From Candidatus Micrarchaeota archaeon (GTDB taxonomy: Archaea; Micrarchaeota; Micrarchaeia; Micrarchaeales; Micrarchaeaceae): 63,879 nt of DNA. Below the pieces are notes generated by a model that was given only the letters and a program-made list of their open reading frames with translations, had not been told where the DNA came from and did not search any database. Shown in pieces: positions 36,443-44,750 of the stretch. Made by a program: the position numbers and the translations under genes. Each line of letters starts with the position of its first letter. Within the stretch, counting starts at the first letter, position 1. Location: contig JAJYVY010000001.1 of the NCBI GenBank assembly GCA_021791775.1, positions 1 to 63,879 on the forward strand. The letters run 5' to 3'.

Positions 36443-36562
36443 TTACCTTCTCCTTGTCTTTCTATATGTTCTTCTCTGCAACCTCTTCAGCCGCCTAATT
36501 TTCTGCTTGTTTCTATAGCTCTTTCCTATCTTTCTATTTGATCTTGACACTTTCTTTTGCAT
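36443..36562 (-). CDS. 39-aa extremely basic ORF, candidate ribosomal protein eL41-like
   Basis: Not in the ORF track. My translation is MQKKVSRSNRKIGKSYRNKQKIRRLKRLQRRTYRKTRRR. It starts 9 nt after the deoxyhypusine synthase stop on the same strand. The IRRLKR core resembles eL41 (RMRRLKRKRRK in eukaryotes; KKRIRRLKRQRKK in Pyrococcus, as I recall). Confidence 0.35.
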   Translation of the reverse strand: MQKKVSRSNRKIGKSYRNKQKIRRLKRLQRRTYRKTRRR

Positions 36563-36570
36563 AGTACCAC

Positions 36571-37527
36571 TCATACAACGTCAATTGCGGAGAACATTAT
36601 GGGGAGTATTATAGTAGCATCCCCGTCTATTGTTGTGTATTTGGCTTTCTCCTTTATCTTCCCCCATGACACCGCTTCCGTTAATCTTGCGCCTGACAGG
36701 CTGCCGTCGAACTGTGTTGCGGTGGTTATGTATACGGCATAATCTAGCCCGTCTTTGAACTGGTTCCACCATATAACATGATGCTTGCTTATGCCACCGC
36801 CGATCATCAATGCGCCGGTAACTTTGTTATCGAATGCGATATTGCTGAGAAGCAGCTCATCCCTGATCAGGTTGAGTTTAAAGTCGTGATCTTGCGAGAA
36901 AATTGACAATTGCGTGCCAAATGCGCCATCAAGTATTCCTGGATTGAATACTGGCACGTTATTCAGATACGCCTGCCTCAATATCGAGCCGTTATCTTTT
37001 ATTCTTTTGCCGAATTCAAATGCTAGTTCGCTTGCGCTGTATTCTTTCTTGTAGTTTTCCGAATTGTATATGCTGTCCATTATCTTCAGAAATGCGTCTT
37101 CTACCTTTTTCCCATATTCTTCTTTTTCTATGAATACGTTGCCGAGCCTATAAATCCCGCTTTTGTGCAGGCTTGCGTCATCTGCGTTGAACGACCCGAC
37201 GCTGTACCTGCCGCCAGCAGCTCTGGCGAGGTCGTGATCGAGTGTCCCTCCAGTAGTTATTATGGCATCAAAGTACTTGACGCTGCTTGCGAGTATGCCG
37301 CGAATGCCTGTCGATACTATATCTGCTGGAAAAGAAAGGAAGTTGTAGGACCTCCTGTCGTTGAGCATCCGCTTTAGTATCTTTATTCCAGTTACCATGT
37401 GCTGCGCAGAAAACCCACCTACAGACTCCATGGATTCAATCAGCTCCGATACCTTCATTCCTTCCTTGAGCTTGATATCCCTGACGCCATTTCTGAGCAG
37501 TGCTTTTTTGCTGTACATATAGATCAT
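36571..37527 (-). CDS. dys: Deoxyhypusine synthase
   Basis: 318 aa: AIITTGGTLDHDL ... MIGGGISKHHVIWWNQF ... typical DHS. Confidence 0.93.
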   Translation of the reverse strand: MIYMYSKKALLRNGVRDIKLKEGMKVSELIESMESVGGFSAQHMVTGIKILKRMLNDRRSYNFLSFPADIVSTGIRGILASSVKYFDAIITTGGTLDHDLARAAGGRYSVGSFNADDASLHKSGIYRLGNVFIEKEEYGKKVEDAFLKIMDSIYNSENYKKEYSASELAFEFGKRIKDNGSILRQAYLNNVPVFNPGILDGAFGTQLSIFSQDHDFKLNLIRDELLLSNIAFDNKVTGALMIGGGISKHHVIWWNQFKDGLDYAVYITTATQFDGSLSGARLTEAVSWGKIKEKAKYTTIDGDATIILPIMFSAIDVV

Positions 37528-37768
37528 TGACTTAAAGCAGTTTTATTCTGGAATATAGGATGTTGAATTCTTAAATACCCTTGCCTCGACTGTAAACCAA
37601 CTGCAGAAAAGCAGGGCTTCTCTCTTTCAGCAGCAAAAACCTGCCCGTACTCTGCAAGATATATGGAACCAGTGATAAACATGACGACCGGAATAAATAA
37701 AATATGAGAGGTTATTAGGATGTTCCATCCCTTGCAATACATTTTTATCCTTTTGCGCGGATTAATAA

Positions 37769-38863
37769 ATGGTGCGACCGGGTAATTTGATGGAATCCTT
37801 GAGCAAGGATGATGAAGAGATATTGCGTTTTATCGAAGGTGCCAAGCCCAAGATTTATGTTGTTGGAACCGGCGGAAGCGGGAGTAATACAATAACCAGA
37901 ATGGCAAGTTTGGGCATACAGGGAGCAACGATGGTAGCTATGAACACCGATGCCCCGCATCTTGTCAAGACAAAGGCTGATAGGAAGCTGCTTATAGGCA
38001 AAAAGACAACGAGAGGAATGGGGGCGGGAAGTGATATACGGGTAGGCGAACAGGCAGCAATAGAGAGCAAGGAAGAGATACGCCATACTCTTAGCGATGC
38101 GCAGCTAGTATTTGTTACCTGCGGGCTCGGAGGGGGAACCGGCACAGGATCTATTGCTACTATCGCGCACGAAGCAAAGGAAATCGGCGCGCTAACGGTA
38201 GCGATTGTTACTCTGCCGTTCTCGAGCGAGGGTAGAACAAGGATGAGAAATGCTTTGGAGGGATTGTCAAAGCTTAGGAAGGTAACCGACACGACGATCA
38301 TAATCCACAACAATAAGCTTTTGTCTGTCGCCCCAGACCTGCCATTGAATATGGCCTTCAGGGTATCAGATGAGGTTCTCGCAGGCGCCACTAAAGGCAT
38401 TGTTGAGATGGTCACGAAGCCAGGCATGGTGAACATAGATTTTGCAGATCTTAGAAGCGTGCTGAAGGATTCCGGCTATGCTGTAATCGGCAGCGGCGAG
38501 GGAATGAGCGCTAATGATGGCACCCCTAGAGCCGCGGTTGCTCTGGAGAACGCTATAAAGAGCCCGCTTCTTGACGCTGATCTAAGCAGCGCAAACAGAG
38601 CACTTATAAATATAATTGGGGGGAACAGCCTTACCCTTAGAGAAGCGGAGAGCGTATTTCAGGAGGTATCAGGAAGGATAAAGGGCGATGCGCTGCTGAA
38701 GTGGGGCGCGAGGATAGAACCTGACATGCAGAAGGATACGGTAAAAATAATGCTGGTTGTCGGGGGTGTGGATTTCCCTGACTACAGCGAAGAGGGGCTT
38801 ACTAAGCAGATAAAGGAGAACACAGAGATAGACCTGGATGACCTTTTCGACAAGGAGGAATGA
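37769..38863 (+). CDS. ftsZ: Cell division protein FtsZ
   Basis: VVGTGGSGSNTITRM and the GLGGGTGTG tubulin signature. Confidence 0.96.
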   Translation: MVRPGNLMESLSKDDEEILRFIEGAKPKIYVVGTGGSGSNTITRMASLGIQGATMVAMNTDAPHLVKTKADRKLLIGKKTTRGMGAGSDIRVGEQAAIESKEEIRHTLSDAQLVFVTCGLGGGTGTGSIATIAHEAKEIGALTVAIVTLPFSSEGRTRMRNALEGLSKLRKVTDTTIIIHNNKLLSVAPDLPLNMAFRVSDEVLAGATKGIVEMVTKPGMVNIDFADLRSVLKDSGYAVIGSGEGMSANDGTPRAAVALENAIKSPLLDADLSSANRALINIIGGNSLTLREAESVFQEVSGRIKGDALLKWGARIEPDMQKDTVKIMLVVGGVDFPDYSEEGLTKQIKENTEIDLDDLFDKEE

Positions 38864-38876
38864 ACGAACGGTTAAC

Positions 38877-38890
38877 CTTTGCATGCAAAG
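38877..38890. promoter_or_regulatory. Perfect 14-bp palindrome CTTTGCATGCAAAG between convergent ftsZ and rpl24e
   Basis: Seen directly in the sequence. It shares the TTTGCAT/ATGCAAA core with the palindrome at 16441-16460. Confidence 0.25.
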
Positions 38891-38929
38891 CGGTCAAACG
38901 CTCTAAATTAATATGATTATAAAAACGGT

Positions 38930-39103
38930 TCAAACCGCTTTCCTCTCTACTTTCTTTACTGCCATCCTGTTCTGCTTTCTTTTTACCAGTATTGCGTTCT
39001 TGTAGCACCTGCCGCTGCAGAAATAGCTTACAGTGCCTATCTTGTGCACGTACATTATCCCTGTGCCTTTCTTGATGTTTGAGGAGCAGTATGTGCACTT
39101 CAT
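38930..39103 (-). CDS. rpl24e: 50S ribosomal protein eL24 (L24e)
   Basis: Not in the ORF track (57 aa). My translation is MKCTYCSSNIKKGTGIMYVHKIGTVSYFCSGRCYKNAILVKRKQNRMAVKKVERKAV. It lies in the conserved L7Ae-S28e-L24e order. Confidence 0.88.
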   Translation of the reverse strand: MKCTYCSSNIKKGTGIMYVHKIGTVSYFCSGRCYKNAILVKRKQNRMAVKKVERKAV

Positions 39104-39116
39104 AAACACACCCAGA

Positions 39117-39356
39117 TTACTTTACTCTTATCTCCTTTGCCTCTCTGCTAGTATCGGGCAGCCTTATTATGTCCCCAATCTTTGCCGGGCCGAGCATATT
39201 CCTTCTTATTATCCTGCCTTTGTCCTTGCCCTCAAGTATCCTGCAGCTCACCGAATATATTTCGCCGTATATTCCGGTCTTGGCTTTGTTGTTTATTTCG
39301 ACTATTTCCGCCAAGTATCCTGATAGTTGTCTTACTTGGGGCTGCTGCTCTGCCAT
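39117..39356 (-). CDS. rps28e: 30S ribosomal protein eS28 (S28e)
   Basis: GIYGEIYSVSCRILEGKDKGRIIRRNMLGPAKIGDIIRLPDTSREAKEI. Confidence 0.92.
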   Translation of the reverse strand: MAEQQPQVRQLSGYLAEIVEINNKAKTGIYGEIYSVSCRILEGKDKGRIIRRNMLGPAKIGDIIRLPDTSREAKEIRVK

Positions 39357-39360
39357 GCTA

Positions 39361-39867
39361 TCATTGTTCTTTTTGTGTCACGGCTGGCTGCTCTTCTGCT
39401 GTTTTCTCTTCTGATTTCTGCGCCTTTGGAGCCCTTGGCTTTTGCTGCTTCTTCTCTTTCGGTGGCTGCTCCCGGCTACTTTGCGCCTGCGCTGAAGAAG
39501 CAGAGCTCAATCCGGTCACTCTGCTTATTATCTCCTTTATCGCGTTGGCAGCATTTCCTGGGTTTTCAACTGCCACTGCTGCACAGGGCACGGTCATGCC
39601 AATGGCCTTCCCAAGTTCAAGCTTGCTCGGCACATATGTGAATGATATCTTTTTCTGCTCGCACAGCTGGGGCAGGTGCATAACCACTTCTTCTGGTTCT
39701 ACATCTCCTGCTATAACAACGAATGACGCAAGCCCCCTTTCTATGCTTTTTGTCACTTCGTTGGCGCCTTTCCTAATTGGACTTGCCTGTCTAGCCATTT
39801 GAAGGGCTTCGTATGTTTTCGCTGCTACCTCGTTGGATACCTCGAACTTTACATAAGTTTTTGCCAT
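39361..39867 (-). CDS. rpl7ae: 50S ribosomal protein L7Ae (eL8) with a ~50-aa Q/K/E/P-rich C-terminal tail
   Basis: The core IRKGANEVTKSIERGLASFVVIAGDVEPEEVVMHLPQLCEQKKISFTYVPSK is followed by SSASSAQAQSSREQPPKEKKQQKPRAPKAQKSEEKTAEEQPAVTQKEQ. I preferred ATG 39867 over GTG 39876. Confidence 0.93.
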   Translation of the reverse strand: MAKTYVKFEVSNEVAAKTYEALQMARQASPIRKGANEVTKSIERGLASFVVIAGDVEPEEVVMHLPQLCEQKKISFTYVPSKLELGKAIGMTVPCAAVAVENPGNAANAIKEIISRVTGLSSASSAQAQSSREQPPKEKKQQKPRAPKAQKSEEKTAEEQPAVTQKEQ

Positions 39868-39960
39868 ACATAACACCGTCGGTCTTTTACGTCATTCAGT
39901 TTGGCATTTACCTGTATTGAACAAAAAGACATATCTATTCTAGGCTAAAGCTATTTATAC

Positions 39961-40620
39961 TTATTGGAAGGCCCTAAGCGGCTTCTTTAGTGCCGTTTTG
40001 CAGTCACATCCCCGCCCGTCTAGCGCCAGTCTTAACGTATCGGAAGCGGTGTCTGCCACCGTCATTCTGGAGGATGCTGGCATTGATGATATTGTTTTCT
40101 CGTTCCACGGCTGCCTTGGAGCGTATAGCCACTTTCCTTCGGTGGATGGATCCCTTCTGGAAAATGCAGCCCATATTTGCGGTGCATCATCTATTATGAT
40201 CTCATGCCCGCTTTTGAGCTTATCAAGCGTGTGTTCCACTGTAATGATCCTTAATCTGGAAGTAGGGAAATTATAACTTAACCATTTCTCAAGGGTAGGT
40301 TTTGCATCTGAAGGCCTACGGGTCACTATATCTACGTCAAAGTGCTTTATTAGGTGATTCAGCTCCTGTTCTGTTATGGTTGGGGGGATGGAGGTAAAAT
40401 TTTCAGTCCATGCTTTTTTATAAATCCTAAAGAACTCCTCAATAGGCATCTGCAGCTTCGTTTTTTCCCAATCATAGTCATCTATATCGGAATGCTTGAA
40501 GTTTTTGCCTTTTATCCTATTCCACTCTTCCAGTATAGGGGCGTGTGTATCTGCGATTGTTCCATCTATGTCTAACGCCACCTTTGGGCGGTATTTTCTA
40601 ACTAATTTGTCTAGTTGCAT
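39961..40620 (-). CDS. HAD-superfamily hydrolase, 5'(3')-deoxyribonucleotidase-like
   Basis: It has motif I (VALDIDGTIADT) and a late IIDD motif. Its size and layout resemble NT5C-type nucleotidases. Confidence 0.65.
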   Translation of the reverse strand: MQLDKLVRKYRPKVALDIDGTIADTHAPILEEWNRIKGKNFKHSDIDDYDWEKTKLQMPIEEFFRIYKKAWTENFTSIPPTITEQELNHLIKHFDVDIVTRRPSDAKPTLEKWLSYNFPTSRLRIITVEHTLDKLKSGHEIIIDDAPQIWAAFSRRDPSTEGKWLYAPRQPWNEKTISSMPASSRMTVADTASDTLRLALDGRGCDCKTALKKPLRAFQ

Positions 40621-40869
40621 TTAACCTAGCACCTTTGTCTCTTTCTCCTCGGCAATGAAGCCCACCTTTTTGTGTGTTCCGTCACATTGTGGCTTGTGTT
40701 CTGAATGGCCGCATCTACAAAAATGAAACTTTACCTGTCCATCTATAATTAGAAGATTGGGCCCATCCTTTGTGGATTTCATAACCATCTCTTTTACTAT
40801 CTGCACTTCCTTACCATCTATAACGGCAATTGCCTTCCCGTCTACAGATTTTACTTCTATTTCGGTCAT
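40621..40869 (-). CDS. CDGSH iron-sulfur domain protein
   Basis: 82 aa with FCRCGHSEHKPQCDGTHKK (C-x-C-x2-S-x5-P-x-CDG-x-H). Confidence 0.85.
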   Translation of the reverse strand: MTEIEVKSVDGKAIAVIDGKEVQIVKEMVMKSTKDGPNLLIIDGQVKFHFCRCGHSEHKPQCDGTHKKVGFIAEEKETKVLG

Positions 40870-41064
40870 CGTATCATCATGTGTATTCTTCTACGATAAT
40901 ATTTATTATGATGGCTATTTAATTCAGGATAGGAAGTAAAAGTGGCGATTGACAGGTTAACTGCGCGACTTTAAGCAAAGAGGTTTGCTCTGAGATGCAT
41001 AAATGGCGGTTAGAAACCACTCTGAAAAACATGAGAATTCAACTTTCCTCTGAGGATGGGACCG

Positions 41065-43257
41065 TCAGTCCATGAATTGCTGCACAGTAGGCGGTTCCTC
41101 GGGCTGCCCTTTCCTCTTCCTTATCTCCCTGACTATCTTGCTCTGCATCTCTGCTGGAAGCTTCTCGAACCCGGCAAATTCGAAGCTCCATAACGCCTTG
41201 CCCTGTGTGAGCCCCCTAAGATCATTGGAAAACCCTTTTATGACTTCAGAGACTGGCATTTTCGCCAATATTGATACCTGGCCGCTTTCCTGTTCTATGT
41301 TGAGTATTTGGCCCCTTCTGCCCTGCAGGAAGGTTATCACATCTGACATATATTCGATGGGTATGTTTATCGTATAGTTCTGCTTTGGCTCTTCAAGTGT
41401 TATGCCTGCGGTAAGCATTCCCGCATATATCGCCCTCTTTATCGCTGGCATTATCTGCGCCGGCCCTCTGTGAACAGGATCTTCGTGTATGGTCGCGTCG
41501 ACTATGCTCACTAGTACGCCGGAACACTTCTCTCTTGCGAGCGGGCCGTCATTTACGGCTTCGTTAAACCCGTCTATGAGAAGCTCCATGACCTCGTTCA
41601 TATACTGCACTCCTTTCGTCATGTCGGCCAGCATGCACCTGCTGGTTACCTGCTCTATCTCCTTCGCTATGGCCCTATCCATTCCTGCCGCTACCATCGC
41701 TTCTATGGCGTTCTGCCCTTTCGGCTTGCCCTCCCTTATGGTGCCTTCGTCCATGGCCTTCTGCACCCCTTCCGGCAGTGGTTCTACATTGACATAGAAT
41801 CTCGAGTGCCTGTTAGGGGATTTGCCCTCTATCGGGCCGGCTTTTTTATCTATCGTTTCTCTGTAAAGAACTATGGGTTCGCTAGTTATTATCGGCACCT
41901 TGAAATCATCCTTTAGCTTTGTTTCCACTGTTTCTAGATGAAGTTCGCCCATCCCGCTCATGAGATGCTCGCCGGTTTCGGGGTTTATCTCTGCTCTCAG
42001 GGTCTGGTCCTCCTTTGTCAGGACTCTCAGCGCTTCTATAAGCTTGGTTGTATCGCGGCTGTCCTTCGCCTCTATGGCTTTCGTCACCACCGCAGGGGAA
42101 TAGTGCTTTATCTGCTCGAATGGCTCTATTATGTTTTCGCTGAGCGTATCTCCTATGGCGAGGTCCTTCAATCCTATCAATGCGGCTATGTTGCCGGCCG
42201 GTATCTCATCTACAAGAACTTTGTCCGGCCCCATGTAAATCCCGACCTGCTGCACCTTCTGTGTTTGCGACTTCCCGGATATGTGGAGTTCCGTGCCCTT
42301 CTTTGCGATACCGGAGAAAATCCTTCCGACCGCTATTTCACCGGCCTGCTGGTCATATTTTATTCCGAATACAACAGCATTGGTCTTCCCATTCATGTCT
42401 GTACCTAGCATTGCCTTGCCATCTGAAGAGTTAAGGTCGCCATGCCATATCTGAGGTATCCTGTAGTGCTGCGCTTCTGCCGGGTTAGGCAGGTGCTCTA
42501 CCACCATAGCCAGAGTGGCTTCATCTATGGGGCACAGCTCCTGCAGCTTCTCTAACTCGTTCCTTGCGGTCATGCCAAAAATATCCTTGAATGTCGCATT
42601 CTTCGTTTCCATTATCCTCTTCGAAATTGCCCACCTTCTCAGCGCCGAGCCGAATGCAACGCTGCCTCTTTCGACGCTGACCTTCCATTTGTCGCCATAT
42701 CCCTCTGGGGCGAAGTTTTCTATCATCTGGTTTATATCATTTATGAGCTTGAGCAGCCTTTCCTGAGTCTGTTCCGGGGTAAGTCTAAGCTCTGTTATCA
42801 GCCTGTCGACCTTGTTGAAGAAGAGCACAGGCTTGGCTTTTTCTTTCATTGCCTGCCGTAGCACGGTCTCGGTCTGCGGCATTATTCCCTCTGTGGGGTC
42901 TACCACAAGAACCACGCCATCTATCGCCCTCATCGACCTTGTTACGTGGCCTCCGAAGTCGACGTGCCCAGGAGTATCTATAAGGTTGATTATGTAGTCT
43001 TCTCCTTTGTAATTGAAGCCAAATGAGATATAAGCCGACTTGATTGTCATTCTCCTATCCTTCTCTATTTCCTCATAGTTGGTGTAAAGTATGTCTCCTG
43101 CTACGCTTTTTGCAATCAGGCCAGCCCTAGCGAGCAAAGAATCGGTAAGGGAGGTCTTGCCATGATGAACATGGGCGATTATTCCGACATTCCTGATGTG
43201 CTTGTGGTCTTTCATCATTTTTGTTACTTCTTCTACCACGTATTCTTTTCTCACCAT
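41065..43257 (-). CDS. fusA: Elongation factor 2 (aEF-2)
   Basis: 730 aa: NVGIIAHVHHGKTSLTDSLL, DTPGHVDF, NKVDR, and the C-terminal diphthamide-region HEDPVHRG. Confidence 0.97.
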   Translation of the reverse strand: MVRKEYVVEEVTKMMKDHKHIRNVGIIAHVHHGKTSLTDSLLARAGLIAKSVAGDILYTNYEEIEKDRRMTIKSAYISFGFNYKGEDYIINLIDTPGHVDFGGHVTRSMRAIDGVVLVVDPTEGIMPQTETVLRQAMKEKAKPVLFFNKVDRLITELRLTPEQTQERLLKLINDINQMIENFAPEGYGDKWKVSVERGSVAFGSALRRWAISKRIMETKNATFKDIFGMTARNELEKLQELCPIDEATLAMVVEHLPNPAEAQHYRIPQIWHGDLNSSDGKAMLGTDMNGKTNAVVFGIKYDQQAGEIAVGRIFSGIAKKGTELHISGKSQTQKVQQVGIYMGPDKVLVDEIPAGNIAALIGLKDLAIGDTLSENIIEPFEQIKHYSPAVVTKAIEAKDSRDTTKLIEALRVLTKEDQTLRAEINPETGEHLMSGMGELHLETVETKLKDDFKVPIITSEPIVLYRETIDKKAGPIEGKSPNRHSRFYVNVEPLPEGVQKAMDEGTIREGKPKGQNAIEAMVAAGMDRAIAKEIEQVTSRCMLADMTKGVQYMNEVMELLIDGFNEAVNDGPLAREKCSGVLVSIVDATIHEDPVHRGPAQIMPAIKRAIYAGMLTAGITLEEPKQNYTINIPIEYMSDVITFLQGRRGQILNIEQESGQVSILAKMPVSEVIKGFSNDLRGLTQGKALWSFEFAGFEKLPAEMQSKIVREIRKRKGQPEEPPTVQQFMD

Positions 43258-43271
43258 GAATAAGCACCACG

Positions 43272-44018
43272 CTACTTCGCGCTCCTAGCCATCCTTTCAG
43301 TCTCATTCTTTCTCTTTATCGCGTAGCTGTTTACATCGTTGTTTGCGGCCATTATCAGCTCGTTCGCTAACGCTGCTGACAATGTTCTTTTGCTGTGAAA
43401 GGCGCCGGTCACGGCTGCCATGCCTATGTTTCTAAGCGCTATATCCAATCTCCTACTTGCACTTACGTCCACTGCCACATTAGAGATTATGCCTCCGTAT
43501 CTCACTCTTGTGGTATCCTCTATTGGCGCTGCGTTCTCCAGTGCCTGGATATAAACCTGGAGGGGGTTCTTTCCTGTCTGTTTGTTTATCATGTCGAACG
43601 CTTCCATTACTGTCTTGGCTGCTTTCATCTTTTTGCCCTGCATCCTCCCTTTCGTTCTTATCACCTTGCCGCCTATCTTACCTCCGGTCCCGCCGCGCAT
43701 GAGCGAGTTTTCCAATCTCTCTATTATGCTGAGGTTGGCCTTGTGGAACTGGCTCTGGCTTTTTCTTCCATAGGAATTCGGATATGCTACTGGTTTTAAG
43801 TTTATGTAATTCCTGAGGCTTGGGTCGTAGACCTCTACATCGTAGGGATACCTATTGAAAAGCATGACTGAGGATGACATGAAAATATCCTTGTCCTGGG
43901 CTTCGGTTTTCGGCTCCTCTCTCTTCCTTGCTCTTCTTTTGGGCTTCGCTTCGGCCGCTAGGGATTGGGGCTGCTGTGCGGCTTCATTCTGCACGGTATT
44001 TGTTATGTCTTCCGCCAT
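43272..44018 (-). CDS. rps7: 30S ribosomal protein uS7 with a ~46-aa N-terminal charged extension
   Basis: The core runs from LFNRYPYDVEVYDPSLRNYINL to ... ETERMARSAK. The ORF starts 4 nt after the S12 stop. An internal Met47 would give a normal size. Confidence 0.92.
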   Translation of the reverse strand: MAEDITNTVQNEAAQQPQSLAAEAKPKRRARKREEPKTEAQDKDIFMSSSVMLFNRYPYDVEVYDPSLRNYINLKPVAYPNSYGRKSQSQFHKANLSIIERLENSLMRGGTGGKIGGKVIRTKGRMQGKKMKAAKTVMEAFDMINKQTGKNPLQVYIQALENAAPIEDTTRVRYGGIISNVAVDVSASRRLDIALRNIGMAAVTGAFHSKRTLSAALANELIMAANNDVNSYAIKRKNETERMARSAK

Positions 44019-44022
44019 GAAA

Positions 44023-44454
44023 TCATCTCTTCGGCTTTTCCTGCTTGCCGCTTAATATCTGATAGATGTTGGTGCCGTTGATTTCGACTACTTTGTATTT
44101 CAATCCTGGAATGCAACCCATTTGACCTCTCTGGGACCCGCCCAGCCCTTCTATAGTGACTTCATCGTGCTCATCGATGAAATTTATAGTTCCGTCTCCG
44201 GGAACAAATGCCCCGACTACCTTTCCGTTCTTTATCAATTGGACGCGGACGCATTTTAGCTGGCCAGAATTTGGCTGCTTCTGCTCAAGTATAAACTTTC
44301 CTAATACAAGAGCCCTCGCCCTAGGCACGGTTCCCATCGGATCGTACTTATCCTTGAGCTTGAACATCTTTCGCTTAAGCCATTTCTTAAGCATGCGCTG
44401 CTGCCGCCTCTGTCTTACAAGCTTCCTTGCAGCAAATTCTCCGTTTGGCATCAA
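44023..44454 (-). CDS. rps12: 30S ribosomal protein uS12
   Basis: 143 aa: QPNSGQLKCVRVQLIKNGKVVGAFVPGDG ... typical S12. Confidence 0.96.
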   Translation of the reverse strand: MMPNGEFAARKLVRQRRQQRMLKKWLKRKMFKLKDKYDPMGTVPRARALVLGKFILEQKQPNSGQLKCVRVQLIKNGKVVGAFVPGDGTINFIDEHDEVTIEGLGGSQRGQMGCIPGLKYKVVEINGTNIYQILSGKQEKPKR

Positions 44455-44750
44455 TAATCACTCTTAAGTATGTTTGAATTCCCTGGTTCTATTATAGAAA
44501 GAGTCGACACTGAGAATGGCTTGCCGCATACGGCTCCGAGTTCCGCTGGGTTGCCTTCGAAGTTTATCATTTTTATCCCTGCCAATCCTGCGATGTGTGT
44601 TATGTCGCTGGCATTCTCTTTCTTGTTCTTGCTTGCCATTATTATTAGCTTTGCCGAGCCGTCCTTAATTGAATTTATAACGCTTTTCAGGCCTATGGCT
44701 GTCTCGCCGCTGTCCACAGCTAAACGTATGTCGTTTGATATCTCTGCCAT
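44451..44750 (-). CDS. rpl30e: 50S ribosomal protein eL30 (L30e)
   Basis: MAEISNDIRLAVDSGETAIGLKSVINSIKDGSAKLIIMASK ... The start is at Met33 of track ORF 44451..44846. The stop overlaps the S12 start. Confidence 0.9.
   Translation of the reverse strand: MAEISNDIRLAVDSGETAIGLKSVINSIKDGSAKLIIMASKNKKENASDITHIAGLAGIKMINFEGNPAELGAVCGKPFSVSTLSIIEPGNSNILKSDY

Noticed and set aside
37524-37742. 72-aa minus-strand ORF whose stop overlaps the dys start (ATGA) and which has a hydrophobic N-terminus
   Set aside because: Accepting it would leave only 26 nt for two divergent promoters (this ORF and ftsZ). A TATA-like box for dys lies inside it (around 37570). No family resemblance was found. It is kept only as a very low-probability small membrane protein.
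39182-39802. 206-aa plus-strand ORF
   Set aside because: It is antisense to S28e and L7Ae. It is Cys/Ser/Phe/Leu-rich with no recognisable domain.
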